A DNA stretch of 43,568 nucleotides, from positions 110,688,176 to 110,731,743 of the forward strand of contig NC_068985.1 in the NCBI RefSeq assembly GCF_001194135.2, in the 5' to 3' direction. Position 1 is the stretch's first letter; each line of letters begins with the position of its first letter. The DNA comes from Octopus bimaculoides. Its lineage: Eukaryota. Shown here piece after piece: positions 22,931 to 35,721 of this stretch. The notes beneath the pieces were generated by a model. That model searched no databases and had not been told where the DNA came from. It saw only the letters and a list, made by a program, of their open reading frames with translations. The position numbers were made by a program, and so were the translations under genes.

Positions 22931-23991
22931 CAGTTGTCACGTGCACAACTACGGCTCAGAAGTGGGAACCGGTATGTGATCACTCTGCATGCTAGAATCG
23001 CAGCTTGTTTTCCTAAAATCTCCATCTACAGACTAAAATATGGAGGAATGCATTGGTCTGTGTGCTTTATGGGATACCTGCTGACGAAGTGGTTACGGTT
23101 TCATACTTGGTTTGTTGGAGGTCAACACAGGTGTTACACAGCAGCAAAGTACACAAAATATTAACAACAATAGCCACAACCACCACCGTCACCACAAACG
23201 CTTGCACCACCAGCACTTCTCGCACAACGGCAGCAGCACCATCGCCTCTATTGCCTATAAATATGTGTGTGTGTGCGTGTGTATGTGTGTGTGCGCGCGC
23301 GCGTTCCCGCGTGTGTATGTGTGTGTGCGCGCGCGCGTTTCCGCGTGTGTATGGGTGTGTTTGTTTGCGTAGACCTCTGAGCTTTTGGCAAAATTTGATG
23401 CAGATTCTGGGTCAATGCGACGATCACACGCTACACACCTTCCTTCCAAGCACTGCTGAAGGCAACGGAAGTGAGCTAGAACATTAAAACTTAGTGTGCA
23501 TACAGAGTTTAAGGTCAATCTGTGCCAAGCGGCTTTAATCTGCGTACTTTAGCTTCGTTACTATGGCAACAGTCCGGATACTTATTAATCAGACCACGTA
23601 TATATACATCTATATATATATANNNNNNNNNNNNNNNNNNNNNNNNNNNNNNNNNNNNNNNNNNNNNNNNNNNNNNNNNNNNNNNNNNNNNNNNNNNNNN
23701 NNNNNNNNNNNNNNNNNNNNNNNNNNNNNNNNNNNNNNNNNNNNNNNNNNNNNNNNNNNNNNNNNNNNNNNNNNNNNNNNNNNNNNNNNNNNNNNNNNNN
23801 NNNNNNNNNNNNNNNNNNNNNNNNNNNNNNNNNNNNNNNNNNNNNNNNNNNNNNNNNNNNNNNNNNNNNNNNNNNNNNNNNNNNNNNNNNNNNNNNNNNN
23901 NNNNNNNNNNNNNNNNNNNNNNNNNNNNNNNNNNNNNNNNNNNNNNNNNNNNNNNNNNNNNNNNNNNNNNNNNNNNNNNNNNNNNNNNNNN

Positions 23992-24043
<52 letters not shown>

Positions 24044-24585
24044 CATCTCTCTGTCCATATATCTCACCGTCTCTCTGAATGTAGATGTGTAGTCAGTTAA
24101 TTCATTTTAAAGTCTATACTGTACATTAAATATTCAAAACCCCGACGCCATAATGCCGTGTGTATGGCAAATAGCAGAAGGCTGGTTGGAAACCAGATCA
24201 AAAGAAGGGCGGTAACTGCGCTGCTATAACTTCTGATGTGGTGACATTGATGTTACACAAGGATGAGAGAAACTATAAAGTCTCATACACATACATACAC
24301 ATATATGAATACACATATGTATATCAGAGCACTTCTAATAATGATTATTTATATATATATGCCCGTGTCTGTGCATAATTATATAAACATATGTATGTAC
24401 ATATATTTATTATATACTAATATTAGATAGATTGTTGCGCTCTATTCGTCTCTCATCTCTTCGATAAATGGATTGTAGTCAGATTGCACCTTCGTGACGT
24501 GTGACGTAACTATAACCCAAGCTTCAAATTCTGACGTTCAAATTTTGTCCTTTACGTTATTCCTTCTGTGTGTCGATGCCCTAAT

Positions 24586-24859
24586 TACTCTTTTACTCTT
24601 TTACTCTTTTACTTGTTTCAGTCAGTTGACTGTGGCCATGCTGGAGCACCGCCTTTTGTCGAGCAAATCGACCCCAGGACTTATTCTTTGTAAGCCTAGT
24701 ACTTATCCTATCAGTCTCGTTTTGCCGAACCGCTAAGTTACGGGGACTGAAACACACCAGCATCGGTTGTCAAGTGATGTTGGTGGGGATAAACACAGAC
24801 ACACAAACATACACACGCGCACACACACGCGCACACACACGCGCACACACACACACACA

Positions 24860-24914
<55 letters not shown>

Positions 24915-25095
24915 CATATCATATATACGACGGGCTTCTTTCAGTTTTCGTCTACCAAATCCACTCACAAGGCTTTGGTCGGCCCGAGGCTATAGTAGAA
25001 GACACTTGCCCAAAGTGCCACGCAGTGGGACTGAACCCGGAACCATGTGGTTCGTAAGCAAGCTACTTACCACACAGCCATCCACTCCTATGCTT
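24586..25095 (-). mobile_element. SINE family A, full length
   Basis: Reverse complement of family A with an expanded internal (CA)/(CACG) tract. Confidence 0.9.
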
Positions 25096-25827
25096 ATAAT
25101 ATAATCCCTTATTCCTTCCTAACCTTCGATATCCAATTACCATCCACGTGTAACACAGAGAGAATTCGCGAAAACATTCTCCTGTAAAAGGGGAAACAAT
25201 CTCACCCCTTCGATTAGCGTAACACGCAATCACTACACTTTTTTCTTTTTTTGAAAGCTTGTGTAAGTTAGTGGTTGCTCGAATGTAATAGTAAGGAAGT
25301 TAAACACATTTAGGTGAATAGATATGTAATGTTAAGGGTGAATATGGTAAAAGTGTGGATAACATTGGTTAAAACCTATCAATGTTTTTCCTTTTTTCAA
25401 AGTTAAACCATCGTCTATGTTTATGTGGAAATTTTGTGGATGAGTACGTCGAAGCTTCACAGCCCTGTTAGATTACATATACTTACGCTGTTATAAGGCA
25501 TCATGCTTCTGTGAAAAAACCTGTTAAACGAGGCATTAAAAAAAATCATTTGGAGCTTTTATCGAGCTGTAGGATTTATCTAGAATGTAGTATTATACCT
25601 GTGTCATAACTATCTATTTCATCATAGTTCTTCGTAATAACAAGCACGTAGTAACGTTTTAGCGATAAAGCAAGGGAAAAAAGGTCCATTTGAGAGAAGC
25701 TGCACTCATGCTTATTGCTAATGATATTTAAGCAGCTAATGACATTGTTACTGTTATTCAATGTTGGTAGCATAATTCTCAAGGAACAAACACACACCCA
25801 CACACACCTGCACAAGGACAGGCTCAG

Positions 25828-26027
25828 ATAGGAGTGGCTGTGTGGTAAGTAGCTTGCTTACCAACAACATGGTTCCGGGTTCAGTCCCACTGCGTGGCAC
25901 CTTGGGCAAGTGTCTTCTACTATAGCCCCGGGCCGACCAAAGCCGTGTGAGTGGATTTGGTAGACGGAAACTGGAAGAAGCTCGTCGTATATATTTATAT
26001 ATATATGTGTGTGTTTGTGTGTCTGTG
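25828..26027 (+). mobile_element. SINE family A, 5' half running into a gap
   Basis: Head near-identical to 911-1070; the gap begins in its internal microsatellite. Confidence 0.9.
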
Positions 26028-27087
26028 NNNNNNNNNNNNNNNNNNNNNNNNNNNNNNNNNNNNNNNNNNNNNNNNNNNNNNNNNNNNNNNNNNNNNNNNN
26101 NNNNNNNNNNNNNNNNNNNNNNNNNNNNNNNNNNNNNNNNNNNNNNNNNNNNNNNNNNNNNNNNNNNNNNNNNNNNNNNNNNNNNNNNNNNNNNNNNNNN
26201 NNNNNNNNNNNNNNNNNNNNNNNNNNNNNNNNNNNNNNNNNNNNNNNNNNNNNNNNNNNNNNNNNNNNNNNNNNNNNNNNNNNNNNNNNNNNNNNNNNNN
26301 NNNNNNNNNNNNNNNNNNNNNNNNNNNNNNNNNNNNNNNNNNNNNNNNNNNNNNNNNNNNNNNNNNNNNNNNNNNNNNNNNNNNNNNNNNNNNNNNNNNN
26401 NNNNNNNNNNNNNNNNNNNNNNNNNNNNNNNNNNNNNNNNNNNNNNNNNNNNNNNNNNNNNNNNNNNNNNNNNNNNNNNNNNNNNNNNNNNNNNNNNNNN
26501 NNNNNNNNNNNNNNNNNNNNNNNNNNNNNNNNNNNNNNNNNNNNNNNNNNNNNNNNNNNNNNNNNNNNNNNNNNNNNNNNNNNNNNNNNNNNNNNNNNNN
26601 NNNNNNNNNNNNNNNNNNNNNNNNNNNNNNNNNNNNNNNNNNNNNNNNNNNNNNNNNNNNNNNNNNNNNNNNNNNNNNNNNNNNNNNNNNNNNNNNNNNN
26701 NNNNNNNNNNNNNNNNNNNNNNNNNNNNNNNNNNNNNNNNNNNNNNNNNNNNNNNNNNNNNNNNNNNNNNNNNNNNNNNNNNNNNNNNNNNNNNNNNNNN
26801 NNNNNNNNNNNNNNNNNNNNNNNNNNNNNNNNNNNNNNNNNNNNNNNNNNNNNNNNNNNNNNNNNNNNNNNNNNNNNNNNNNNNNNNNNNNNNNNNNNNN
26901 NNNNNNNNNNNNNTATATATATATATATGTATATATATATATGTATATATATATGTGTGTGTATATATAAATATAGATATGCATATGTGTACGTATGTAT
27001 TTATGTATGTTTGAATTGTTAATATTATTTATCAAGCATGTTAGGATATACACACGTTCTTACGTTACATCGTTTCTATTATAGACT

Positions 27088-27275
27088 CAAGGCCGGGAAT
27101 TAGATGCGGAGAGGGCTTGTCGATTGTATCAACTGCAGAACTCGAGTGTTGCTCATTTCATCGAACCCGAAAGGACGAAAGGCAAAGTTTATTTCCGCCG
27201 CGGAATTTGAACTCAGAACGTAAGGAACCGGACGAAATATTGCTGATAGTTTGTCCAACTCGCTAACAACAGAAT
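27088..27275 (-). mobile_element. SINE family B, diverged
   Basis: ccgaaaggacgaaaggcaaagt...cggaatttgaactcagaacgtaag...ggacgaaat, homologous to 2826-3030. Confidence 0.7.
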
Positions 27276-27954
27276 ATAAGGCCGTAGAATACTGTTGCGC
27301 CTTGTTGTTAGGAGCAATTGTACCCGAAGGTTTGAAACCTAAACCATTGTTTGTTCATCATCTGAAGCTTCAAAGCAAACGAACAGCCTCTACAAATCTA
27401 ACCCGTACCTTACGTAGCAATCTAGAACAGGCAAGTTTGGGTAACACAGATTTTGTTTACTGAATGGTATACTGGAACATTTTTTTCCTTGCTGTTAAAT
27501 GTTACTGCAAGTAGAATTATTTGCAGCTTGAGGTAGTCCTGTTTTCGGTCAACGCGCCTTGTCATTTCCAACTCTCTATTCCCCATGAGTATCTGTTGAA
27601 GTTCTTTTTATTCCACCAAGCATGACTTTACGATTACGATCCGAGGGTCAAGGATTTGATTCCATTTCCAAGCATATTATCTTAAAAGAGCATTAAGGCG
27701 GTTGATTAGAGGGACTAATGATATATACACCAGCCCGTCAAACTATTCTGGTAAAATTGCGTTACACAAGAAATAAAAAAAACAAAACAAAGAGAAACCT
27801 GAGAAGGTATTAAATATGTACGTGCCATTGCAGTTTGGCGAAAATTGTGTCCATGTTTACTTAAGGAAAATGGAAGTCTCGATCAACAATAACTTTGGAG
27901 AAATGGCGCCGGAAATGAGATTTGAAGAAGCTGATGCATGTGATTTTATTGAAT

Positions 27955-27985
27955 ACTAGCAGAAATACCCGGCGTTGCCCGGGTT
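27955..27985 (-). mobile_element. Helitron-like 3' terminus (GC hairpin plus CTAG|T)
   Basis: Minus strand acccgg-gcaacg-ccgggt hairpin, then atttctg CTAG and T: the canonical Helitron 3' signature. Confidence 0.55.
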
Positions 27986-29414
27986 AAAGAGAATAATGAA
28001 ATCTAAAAACGCCGTCTAGACTATGCAACCCTCAACTGTTAGTAGCTACGATACCATATTTCTACATTAATAACTCTCCAATCCATGCCAGCATGGAACA
28101 TAGATATTAAGTGGAATGCTAGAAGAAAGTTTTCAACTCATATGTATATAAAGTAAATACACGTAATTCAGAAACACGTTTTGTGTATTTTATTTCGTAA
28201 CGAAACAAACAGGTACAGATTATAAACAATGAAAGGCCAATTTTGGTGATTCATTTGACAGAGGTAGTAGANNNNNNNNNNNNNNNNNNNNNNNNNNNNN
28301 NNNNNNNNNNNNNNNNNNNNNNNNNNNNNNNNNNNNNNNNNNNNNNNNNNNNNNNNNNNNNNNNNNNNNNNNNNNNNNNNNNNNNNNNNNNNNNNNNNNN
28401 NNNNNNNNNNNNNNNNNNNNNNNNNNNNNNNNNNNNNNNNNNNNNNNNNNNNNNNNNNNNNNNNNNNNNNNNNNNNNNNNNNNNNNNNNNNNNNNNNNNN
28501 NNNNNNNNNNNNNNNNNNNNNNNNNNNNNNNNNNNNNNNNNNNNNNNNNNNNNNNNNNNNNNNNNNNNNNNNNNNNNNNNNNNNNNNNNNNNNNNNNNNN
28601 NNNNNNNNNNNNNNNNNNNNNNNNNNNNNNNNNNNNNNNNNNNNNNNNNNNNNNNNNNNNNNNNNNNNNNNNNNNNNNNNNNNNNNNNNNNNNNNNNNNN
28701 NNNNNNNNNNNNNNNNNNNNNNNNNNNNNNNNNNNNNNNNNNNNNNNNNNNNNNNNNNNNNNNNNNNNNNNNNNNNNNNNNNNNNNNNNNNNNNNNNNNN
28801 NNNNNNNNNNNNNNNNNNNNNNNNNNNNNNNNNNNNNNNNNNNNNNNNNNNNNNNNNNNNNNNNNNNNNNNNNNNNNNNNNNNNNNNNNNNNNNNNNNNN
28901 NNNNNNNNNNNNNNNNNNNNNNNNNNNNNNNNNNNNNNNNNNNNNNNNNNNNNNNNNNNNNNNNNNNNNNNNNNNNNNNNNNNNNNNNNNNNNNNNNNNN
29001 NNNNNNNNNNNNNNNNNNNNNNNNNNNNNNNNNNNNNNNNNNNNNNNNNNNNNNNNNNNNNNNNNNNNNNNNNNNNNNNNNNNNNNNNNNNNNNNNNNNN
29101 NNNNNNNNNNNNNNNNNNNNNNNNNNNNNNNNNNNNNNNNNNNNNNNNNNNNNNNNAAAGATCCATTCAGTACTTTTGACGTAGTTTTGGATAAGAAAAC
29201 AAATGACTAATGTGTGTGTTTGTGTGCATGTGTATGTGTGTGATGGGTGTATATATGTATAGATATCTGTATGCATGTATATATAAGTATATATGTGTAC
29301 ATATTACATGTACATCTATATATATATATACATCTACACATATGTATACATATACATGTATGCATATAGATCTATATCTATATATATATATCTATACATA
29401 TACGTGTACATATA

Positions 29415-29465
<51 letters not shown>

Positions 29466-29649
29466 GAAAGTATCTGTCATTACAGTATCGAAATGTGATT
29501 GTTTCAGTTAGTAGAATAACGTGTACACATACATCTATATGTATACATATACATCTCTCTCACTTTCTTTCTCTTTTTCTCTCTTTCTCTCTCTCTGAAA
29601 GTATCTGTCATTACAGTATCGAAATGTGATTGTTTCAGTTAGTGGAATA
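29466..29649. repeat. Direct duplication of a 53-bp unique core (29466-29518, 29597-29649) with upstream (CT)n
   Basis: gaaagtatctgtcattacagtatcgaaatgtgattgtttcagttagt[a/g]gaata occurs twice, period 131. Confidence 0.9.
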
Positions 29650-29687
29650 GTTTCAATTTTAAAGTGAAAGTATTTGACATGAGTGTT

Positions 29688-29865
29688 TTTGTAGTGGCGG
29701 ATCTCCGTCGTTCGACGACGAAGATTCTTTGTTCAGACAACTGAATTATCTGCTCTTGAATGAACGTGTAAGTGGCTGAGCATTCTACAAACACGTATAC
29801 TATTCATTTTTATGCAGAATCAGCATGAATCAGTGTGTGATAAGGTTGTACCATGAATTACAGAT
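29688..29865 (-). mobile_element. Degraded copy of the 18119-18454 SINE body
   Basis: Shared blocks ctccgtcg, aacgtg.aagtggctgagca.tc.acaaacacgt, gtgtga.aagg.tg. Confidence 0.6.
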
Positions 29866-31244
29866 ACAATTCTTATAAAGTTTTGGTCTACATAGTTCCG
29901 CTTATGAAGACTAATCGATTTGAGGTGATAGAAAATGATGTATTTCTACGATACAACACGATGGGATTGAACCCGGAACCTCGAGGTTGCAAAGCAAACT
30001 TCTTAATCATTCAACCATACTGCGTCTATAACAGAACCAGCAATACCTTATTTATTTTATACTATATAGTATTCTTTACTTGTTCCATAAAGAAAGCGTA
30101 GACTTTATTGAATTACGAATAATTCTGTTTAAAAAAAAATTCTTCTGTACAAGGTGTATATATTTTTAATTGAATTATGTGGTTTTGAAGAAAGACTTTA
30201 TTTTTTTTTAATGAATACATGTACGGGTACAGATGAGTGATTATGTATGTATGTATGCATGTATGTATATATATNNNNNNNNNNNNNNNNNNNNNNNNNN
30301 NNNNNNNNNNNNNNNNNNNNNNNNNNNNNNNNNNNNNNNNNNNNNNNNNNNNNNNNNNNNNNNNNNNNNNNNNNNNNNNNNNNNNNNNNNNNNNNNNNNN
30401 NNNNNNNNNNNNNNNNNNNNNNNNNNNNNNNNNNNNNNNNNNNNNNNNNNNNNNNNNNNNNNNNNNNNNNNNNNNNNNNNNNNNNNNNNNNNNNNNNNNN
30501 NNNNNNNNNNNNNNNNNNNNNNNNNNNNNNNNNNNNNNNNNNNNNNNNNNNNNATATATATATACCAATGTATATGTATGTGTATATGTATCATATGTAT
30601 ATATGTATATGTATGTATTTGCATATATACATATATGTGTGTATTTATGTATGGATATGTGTGTATTTGTGTGTGCATACGCACATAAACACATATATAT
30701 ACACGGATAGGGATGTCACGTCGAGAAACATACAAGCTAATGCACAAGCGGATACACGTACACATATACAAACATGCATACATGAAAACATATACACACA
30801 GAGAGCCGGCTTATACGGTGAAAGGAGATTACATCGTAAGGCCTATTTAATTATTCATAATCAAAATAACAAAATGGCCGTTAATAGTAAATACAACTTC
30901 GGCCATTTTGATAAGGAACTCCATTTCTCTTCACGTCACAAATGCTTTTTCACCGAGCTTAAAGATTGTCCAATTTACTAATATCACGTGTTGCTGTCTC
31001 AGATGCAACTTGGTCGTATCTACCACTACAACTAACAAAACCTTAAGGACGTAAACAGAACGGTTTTGTATTGGAAGCGAGACGGTATTGCATTCAAATG
31101 AATATAAATTATCAGCATTATATTTTTATAACGCCACTGTAATCCTCGTTTTTCATGCTTGTTTTGATACGATCCAACTTTGGAGATTAATGGTCAAAGC
31201 TGGAATTTTCCAGAAGTGTCACTATCATCATTTTGTTCTCTCTA

Positions 31245-31252
31245 TCAATCTG

Positions 31253-31319
<67 letters not shown>

Positions 31320-31459
31320 GTCTGTGTGCTTGCGTGTCTGTGTGTTTGTACATCTGTGTGTCTGTGTCTATCTGTCTGTCTGTCTTTCAATTTGCGTATA
31401 TGTGTATATGTCTATTTAGTGAGTGCACATACATTCATAATACATACATACATACATAC

Positions 31460-31542
<83 letters not shown>

Positions 31543-31680
31543 CATCCATACATAAGTACAATATACACATACATACATACATGCATACATACATACATAC
31601 ATACATACATACATACACACATACATAGATACATGCATACATACATACATACATACATGCATGCATATATATATACATAC
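31245..31680. repeat. (TATC)n, (TA)n and (TACA)n microsatellite cluster
   Basis: Direct reading. Confidence 0.9.
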
Positions 31681-31849
31681 ACATTATGTATTTTCGAACT
31701 CGATGAAAAACCTCTTAGCATGGTAATAAGTCCTTGCAATGGCCACGTCCATCGAACCACATACACTACCATCGATACCATCACCAACACCATGACTACC
31801 ACCACGACCACGACACACACACGAGCACGCACATAGATATAGACATAAA

Positions 31850-32007
31850 GAGAAAAAGAGTGAAAGAGAGAGTGGGGAGGGAGAGTGGAAAGAGAGAGAG
31901 AGAGAGAGTGGAGAAGAGAGTGAGATTACAATCTATTACTCAAACACGACTGAGATCAACACTTTCCCTCTCCTCAGACACATAAAGAGAAATATGCTCA
32001 TGCACAT

Positions 32008-32102
<95 letters not shown>

Positions 32103-32280
32103 TAAAGAGATAGAGGGAGAGAGAGAGATGGAGACAGAGAGAGAGAGAGGGGGAGAAAGAGGGATGTAAAGAGATAGAGAGAGAGGGAGAGAGAGACAGA
32201 GAGACAGAGAGAGAGATAGAGAGGGAGACAGAGAGAGAGAAGAAGAGAGTAGGGGAAGAGAGGAAAAAGTGTGATAGAGA
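31850..32280. repeat. GA-rich / (GA)n tract
   Basis: Direct reading. Confidence 0.9.
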
Positions 32281-32454
32281 ACAATAGAAACATTAAAACC
32301 TGTAATGTCAACTAAGACAGCATAGAATCAACAACGCGAAACAGGCGGCGCCAAAATGACGGCAAAGACATCTCACACTCAGAAAGACATCATATGACCA
32401 TATCTGCTCCCTAACCCGTTCAGAAATCTCTTCGGGTGTTGCAGACTTAGTGAA

Positions 32455-32570
32455 GGCGCGTGGCCTATTTGTTCGGGTGTTGCATTCACGGTCGCTAGAT
32501 TGTAGGTTCGATTCGCAGAGCAAGCGTTGTGTTGTGTCCTTGAGCAAAACATTTCATTTTGCATTACTCT
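32455..32570 (+). mobile_element. tRNA-derived SINE family E, diverged 5' part
   Basis: ggcgcgtggcct...taggttcgattc...gttgtgtccttgagcaaaacatttcattt. Confidence 0.65.
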
Positions 32571-33327
32571 ATGGGTAGGAGAGTGCCGGAATCTTTTGTG
32601 CATTGGTAGAAATTTTTTACGGTATATATCTTCCGGCTCTCTACATTCTGAGTTCAAATCTCACCTGCATGTAATCTACTTAATAGCGGCAAGGGAGGGC
32701 CCTCCCAGGTCGTATGGAGAGTGCTGCAGAAGGCTAGCATGCACAGGACCTGGCCAAGTGCAGACCACCACTAGTTACAGCCTTCACACTTGCGCGTGCA
32801 GCATTCGCTATGCCATTCTGATTCATCCAAGTAGTGGGCGTTGAAGACATATGGATCTTCTGACCAATGGAACCACATTTTTTCACGAGAAGAGGAAGAG
32901 TTATTGTTTTAGTCTGGTCACATATAGACTAAAGAAAGCAAGACAGTCAACTGGCGGTATATTACGGGAGCGATACAGGCCTTTGACGACCTTCTCGACG
33001 TCTTAAGTGGTATCTTATTTTATACGCATTTTCATTCGAAACTGGTCACTCTGCTCGTAAACACGCCCCAGTCGCTTTACCCCTTGAAGCTCTGCATCGA
33101 ACCGCATCACAAGAACCCTAAACGAAACATCGGATCGGTTGTAAGACAAATGTTACAGGCATACAATGAGTAGAAACATGGGTGTTGCAATCACAGGCAC
33201 ACATACACATACGCGCACACTCACTCACTCATAAATATACACAAACACACCGATATAGACATAAGCTTATAATCCATTGCAATAAATCTGAAGGGTTGCT
33301 CAGTTTGCAAGCTATATAACCTGTGAG

Positions 33328-33782
33328 ATAGCATTCTGTACCTTGTGGCATTTTACATATGAAATAAAAGCAGCTCTAGTATAGTAAATATTATTAACAA
33401 CATATACGTAAGATACATGCTGCGTGTTTTTGCGGTGGCTGCAATAACGTGGTGGAGTACATACACTCTCAAAGCGTCGGGTGTTGAAAAACTCAACTTC
33501 AGTGCCATTTGGGAGTGATGGACATCGACGTTTCACCATTTTTGAGGCCAGTCAACATCACGTACCCGCCAAGGTTGAAGGCGAAGCATCGGTGTCCATC
33601 ACTCCGAAATGGGATTGAAGGTGAATTAGCTAGCATGTTCATAAGAGTGTACACTCCACCACGCTATTACAGCCACCGGAAAACACACGAAGCATATACA
33701 TTAAGTATATGTGTTTAATAATATTCATTATATACTAGAGGTGCATTTACTTCATATGCAAATTTTCTCTTAGGTATGCTAT
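33328..33782. repeat. Long imperfect inverted repeat (foldback), arms ~205 bp, spacer ~41 bp
   Basis: The left arm aligns with the reverse complement of the right arm, e.g. cggtggctgcaataacgtggtggagt / cggtggctgtaatagcgtggtggagt and ggagtgatggacatcgacgtttcacc / ggagtgatggacaccgatgcttcgcc. ORFs 33312-33539(-) and 33509-33718(+) share RCPSL.NG and TPPRY.SHRK for this reason. Confidence 0.9.
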
Positions 33783-34032
33783 AATAATTATTTTACGTTC
33801 TCGAAGTTTCTAAACCCTTATAACGACAAAAACGGACAAAAAAGGATTGCTTTGATTTAATGGTAGGAAAGCTGTTAAACCTACAGCGGGACTGTGTTCG
33901 AGTCGTAGGGGCAGCCTTCGACTTCTATGCAATACGTTTCTAACCCAGTATTTAGACATTGTCCTTTATAGCTTTATTTACTTCGTGATCCAGTCTCCTA
34001 AACACATATATGTATAAATATAGATACATCCC

Positions 34033-34097
<65 letters not shown>

Positions 34098-34580
34098 ATA
34101 ATATAATATATATATATATATANNNNNNNNNNNNNNNNNNNNNNNNNNNNNNNNNNNNNNNNNNNNNNNNNNNNNNNNNNNNNNNNNNNNNNNNNNNNNN
34201 NNNNNNNNNNNNNNNNNNNNNNNNNNNNNNNNNNNNNNNNNNNNNNNNNNNNNNNNNNNNNNNNNNNNNNNNNNNNNNNNNNNNNNNNNNNNNNNNNNNN
34301 NNNNNNNNNNNNNNNNNNNNNNNNNNNNNNNNNNNNNNNNNNNNNNNNNNNNNNNNNNNNNNNNNNNNNNNNNNNNNNNNNNNNNNNNNNNNNNNNNNNN
34401 NNNNNNNNNNNNNNNNNNNNNNNNNNNNNNNNNNNNNNNNNNNNNNNNNNNNNNNNNNNNNNNNNNNNNNNNNNNNNNNNNNNNNNNNNNNNNNNNNNNN
34501 NNNNNNNNNNNNNNNNNNNNNNNNNNNNNNNNNNNNNNNNNNNNNNNNNNNNNNNNNNNNNNNNNNNNNNNNNNNNNNNN

Positions 34581-34636
<56 letters not shown>

Positions 34637-34637
<1 letters not shown>

Positions 34638-34822
34638 GTATAAAGTGGAGGATCTTAGAAAGATGCAAGCCGTACGTCAATAGTAGCAGGAAGAGCAGAT
34701 TATACCTGGTTGAGAAGAGAGCGATGTTAAACGGTACCCAACGCCAGGGTGTTTACCTGAATAGCAGGAGTGAGGTGTTTAATCCTTGTCCGCATGAAAG
34801 AAGTACATACTATTGTACCTGA
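34637..34822 (+). mobile_element. Penelope-like element relic: C-terminus downstream of the GIY-YIG domain
   Basis: IKWRILERCKPYVNSSRKSRLYLVEKRAML...YLNSRSEVFNPCPHE resembles the W.I...A..Y....K.C.LCL.EK..I....LN.RSE....CRH end of Penelope/Poseidon-type ORFs (recognised from memory). Confidence 0.7.
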
Positions 34823-35690
34823 GCAACTTCTGCAAACGACCTTCCACCAAAAGCCTTGGGCTCGGCAAAAAGCGTTTGACAAAGACACACACCAATGCAC
34901 CCAGGTACACATACACACACCCCTTTAAGGTGGTCATCCCGCATATAACTAACCCCCCCAGCACATACCTCCCCATGCAAATTCTACCCCCACATATATA
35001 CAGACCACCCACACACACACATTATAACTTACATCCCACACGCTAAAAAACCTACAACTTTACCCTTTACAGAAAGAAAACAGATCAATGAACACAGCGC
35101 TCTCTCTTTCTGTATATATGTTTTCATCAGTCTGTATATGTTTTCATCAGTCAGTCTCTTAACAATAAAGGTAGTGAACTCTTTTAATCGGAAAAGTGTT
35201 CCTGAATAATTTGTAATGAATTTGTTTCATTTGTTATTTCTTCTTTGTATTCGATAAGAGAAAAATTCAGGCGGCCAGTTGGTAACATCTTTAGAGCGTT
35301 GGAAAAAATGGTTTGTGGTTTTTTTCTCCGGCACTTTGTATTCTGAATTCTAATCTTGTCGCGTACAAGTTTACTTTTTATGCTTCCAGTGTCGATCAAA
35401 TAATGTCCCAGACATGTGCCATTGTCGATGGTATAGGCTAACCGCCCCCTCTCGAAGTTGCTGGCCTTGCACCTAAATTAAAAACCCATTCAATGAAATG
35501 GCATTTACAAGGCTATTCGACTCGCTAGAAATGACAGTCAAATTTCCACCAAATTACACTGTAATGAGTGTTTATGAATGCAGAACACATAAGAGAATAT
35601 AGTCATAGATATACAAATGAGAAAAAAGTGGCTGGTTGTATTTGGATTGCCTTTGATTATAGGTTTATTAAGTCAATGTTGACTTGGATC

Positions 35691-35721
<31 letters not shown>

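Noticed and set aside
32660-33130. Higher-GC unique stretch as an exon or transposase relic
   Set aside because: The frames I translated have early stops and no motif I can recognise; it may be an old repeat, but I cannot support a call.
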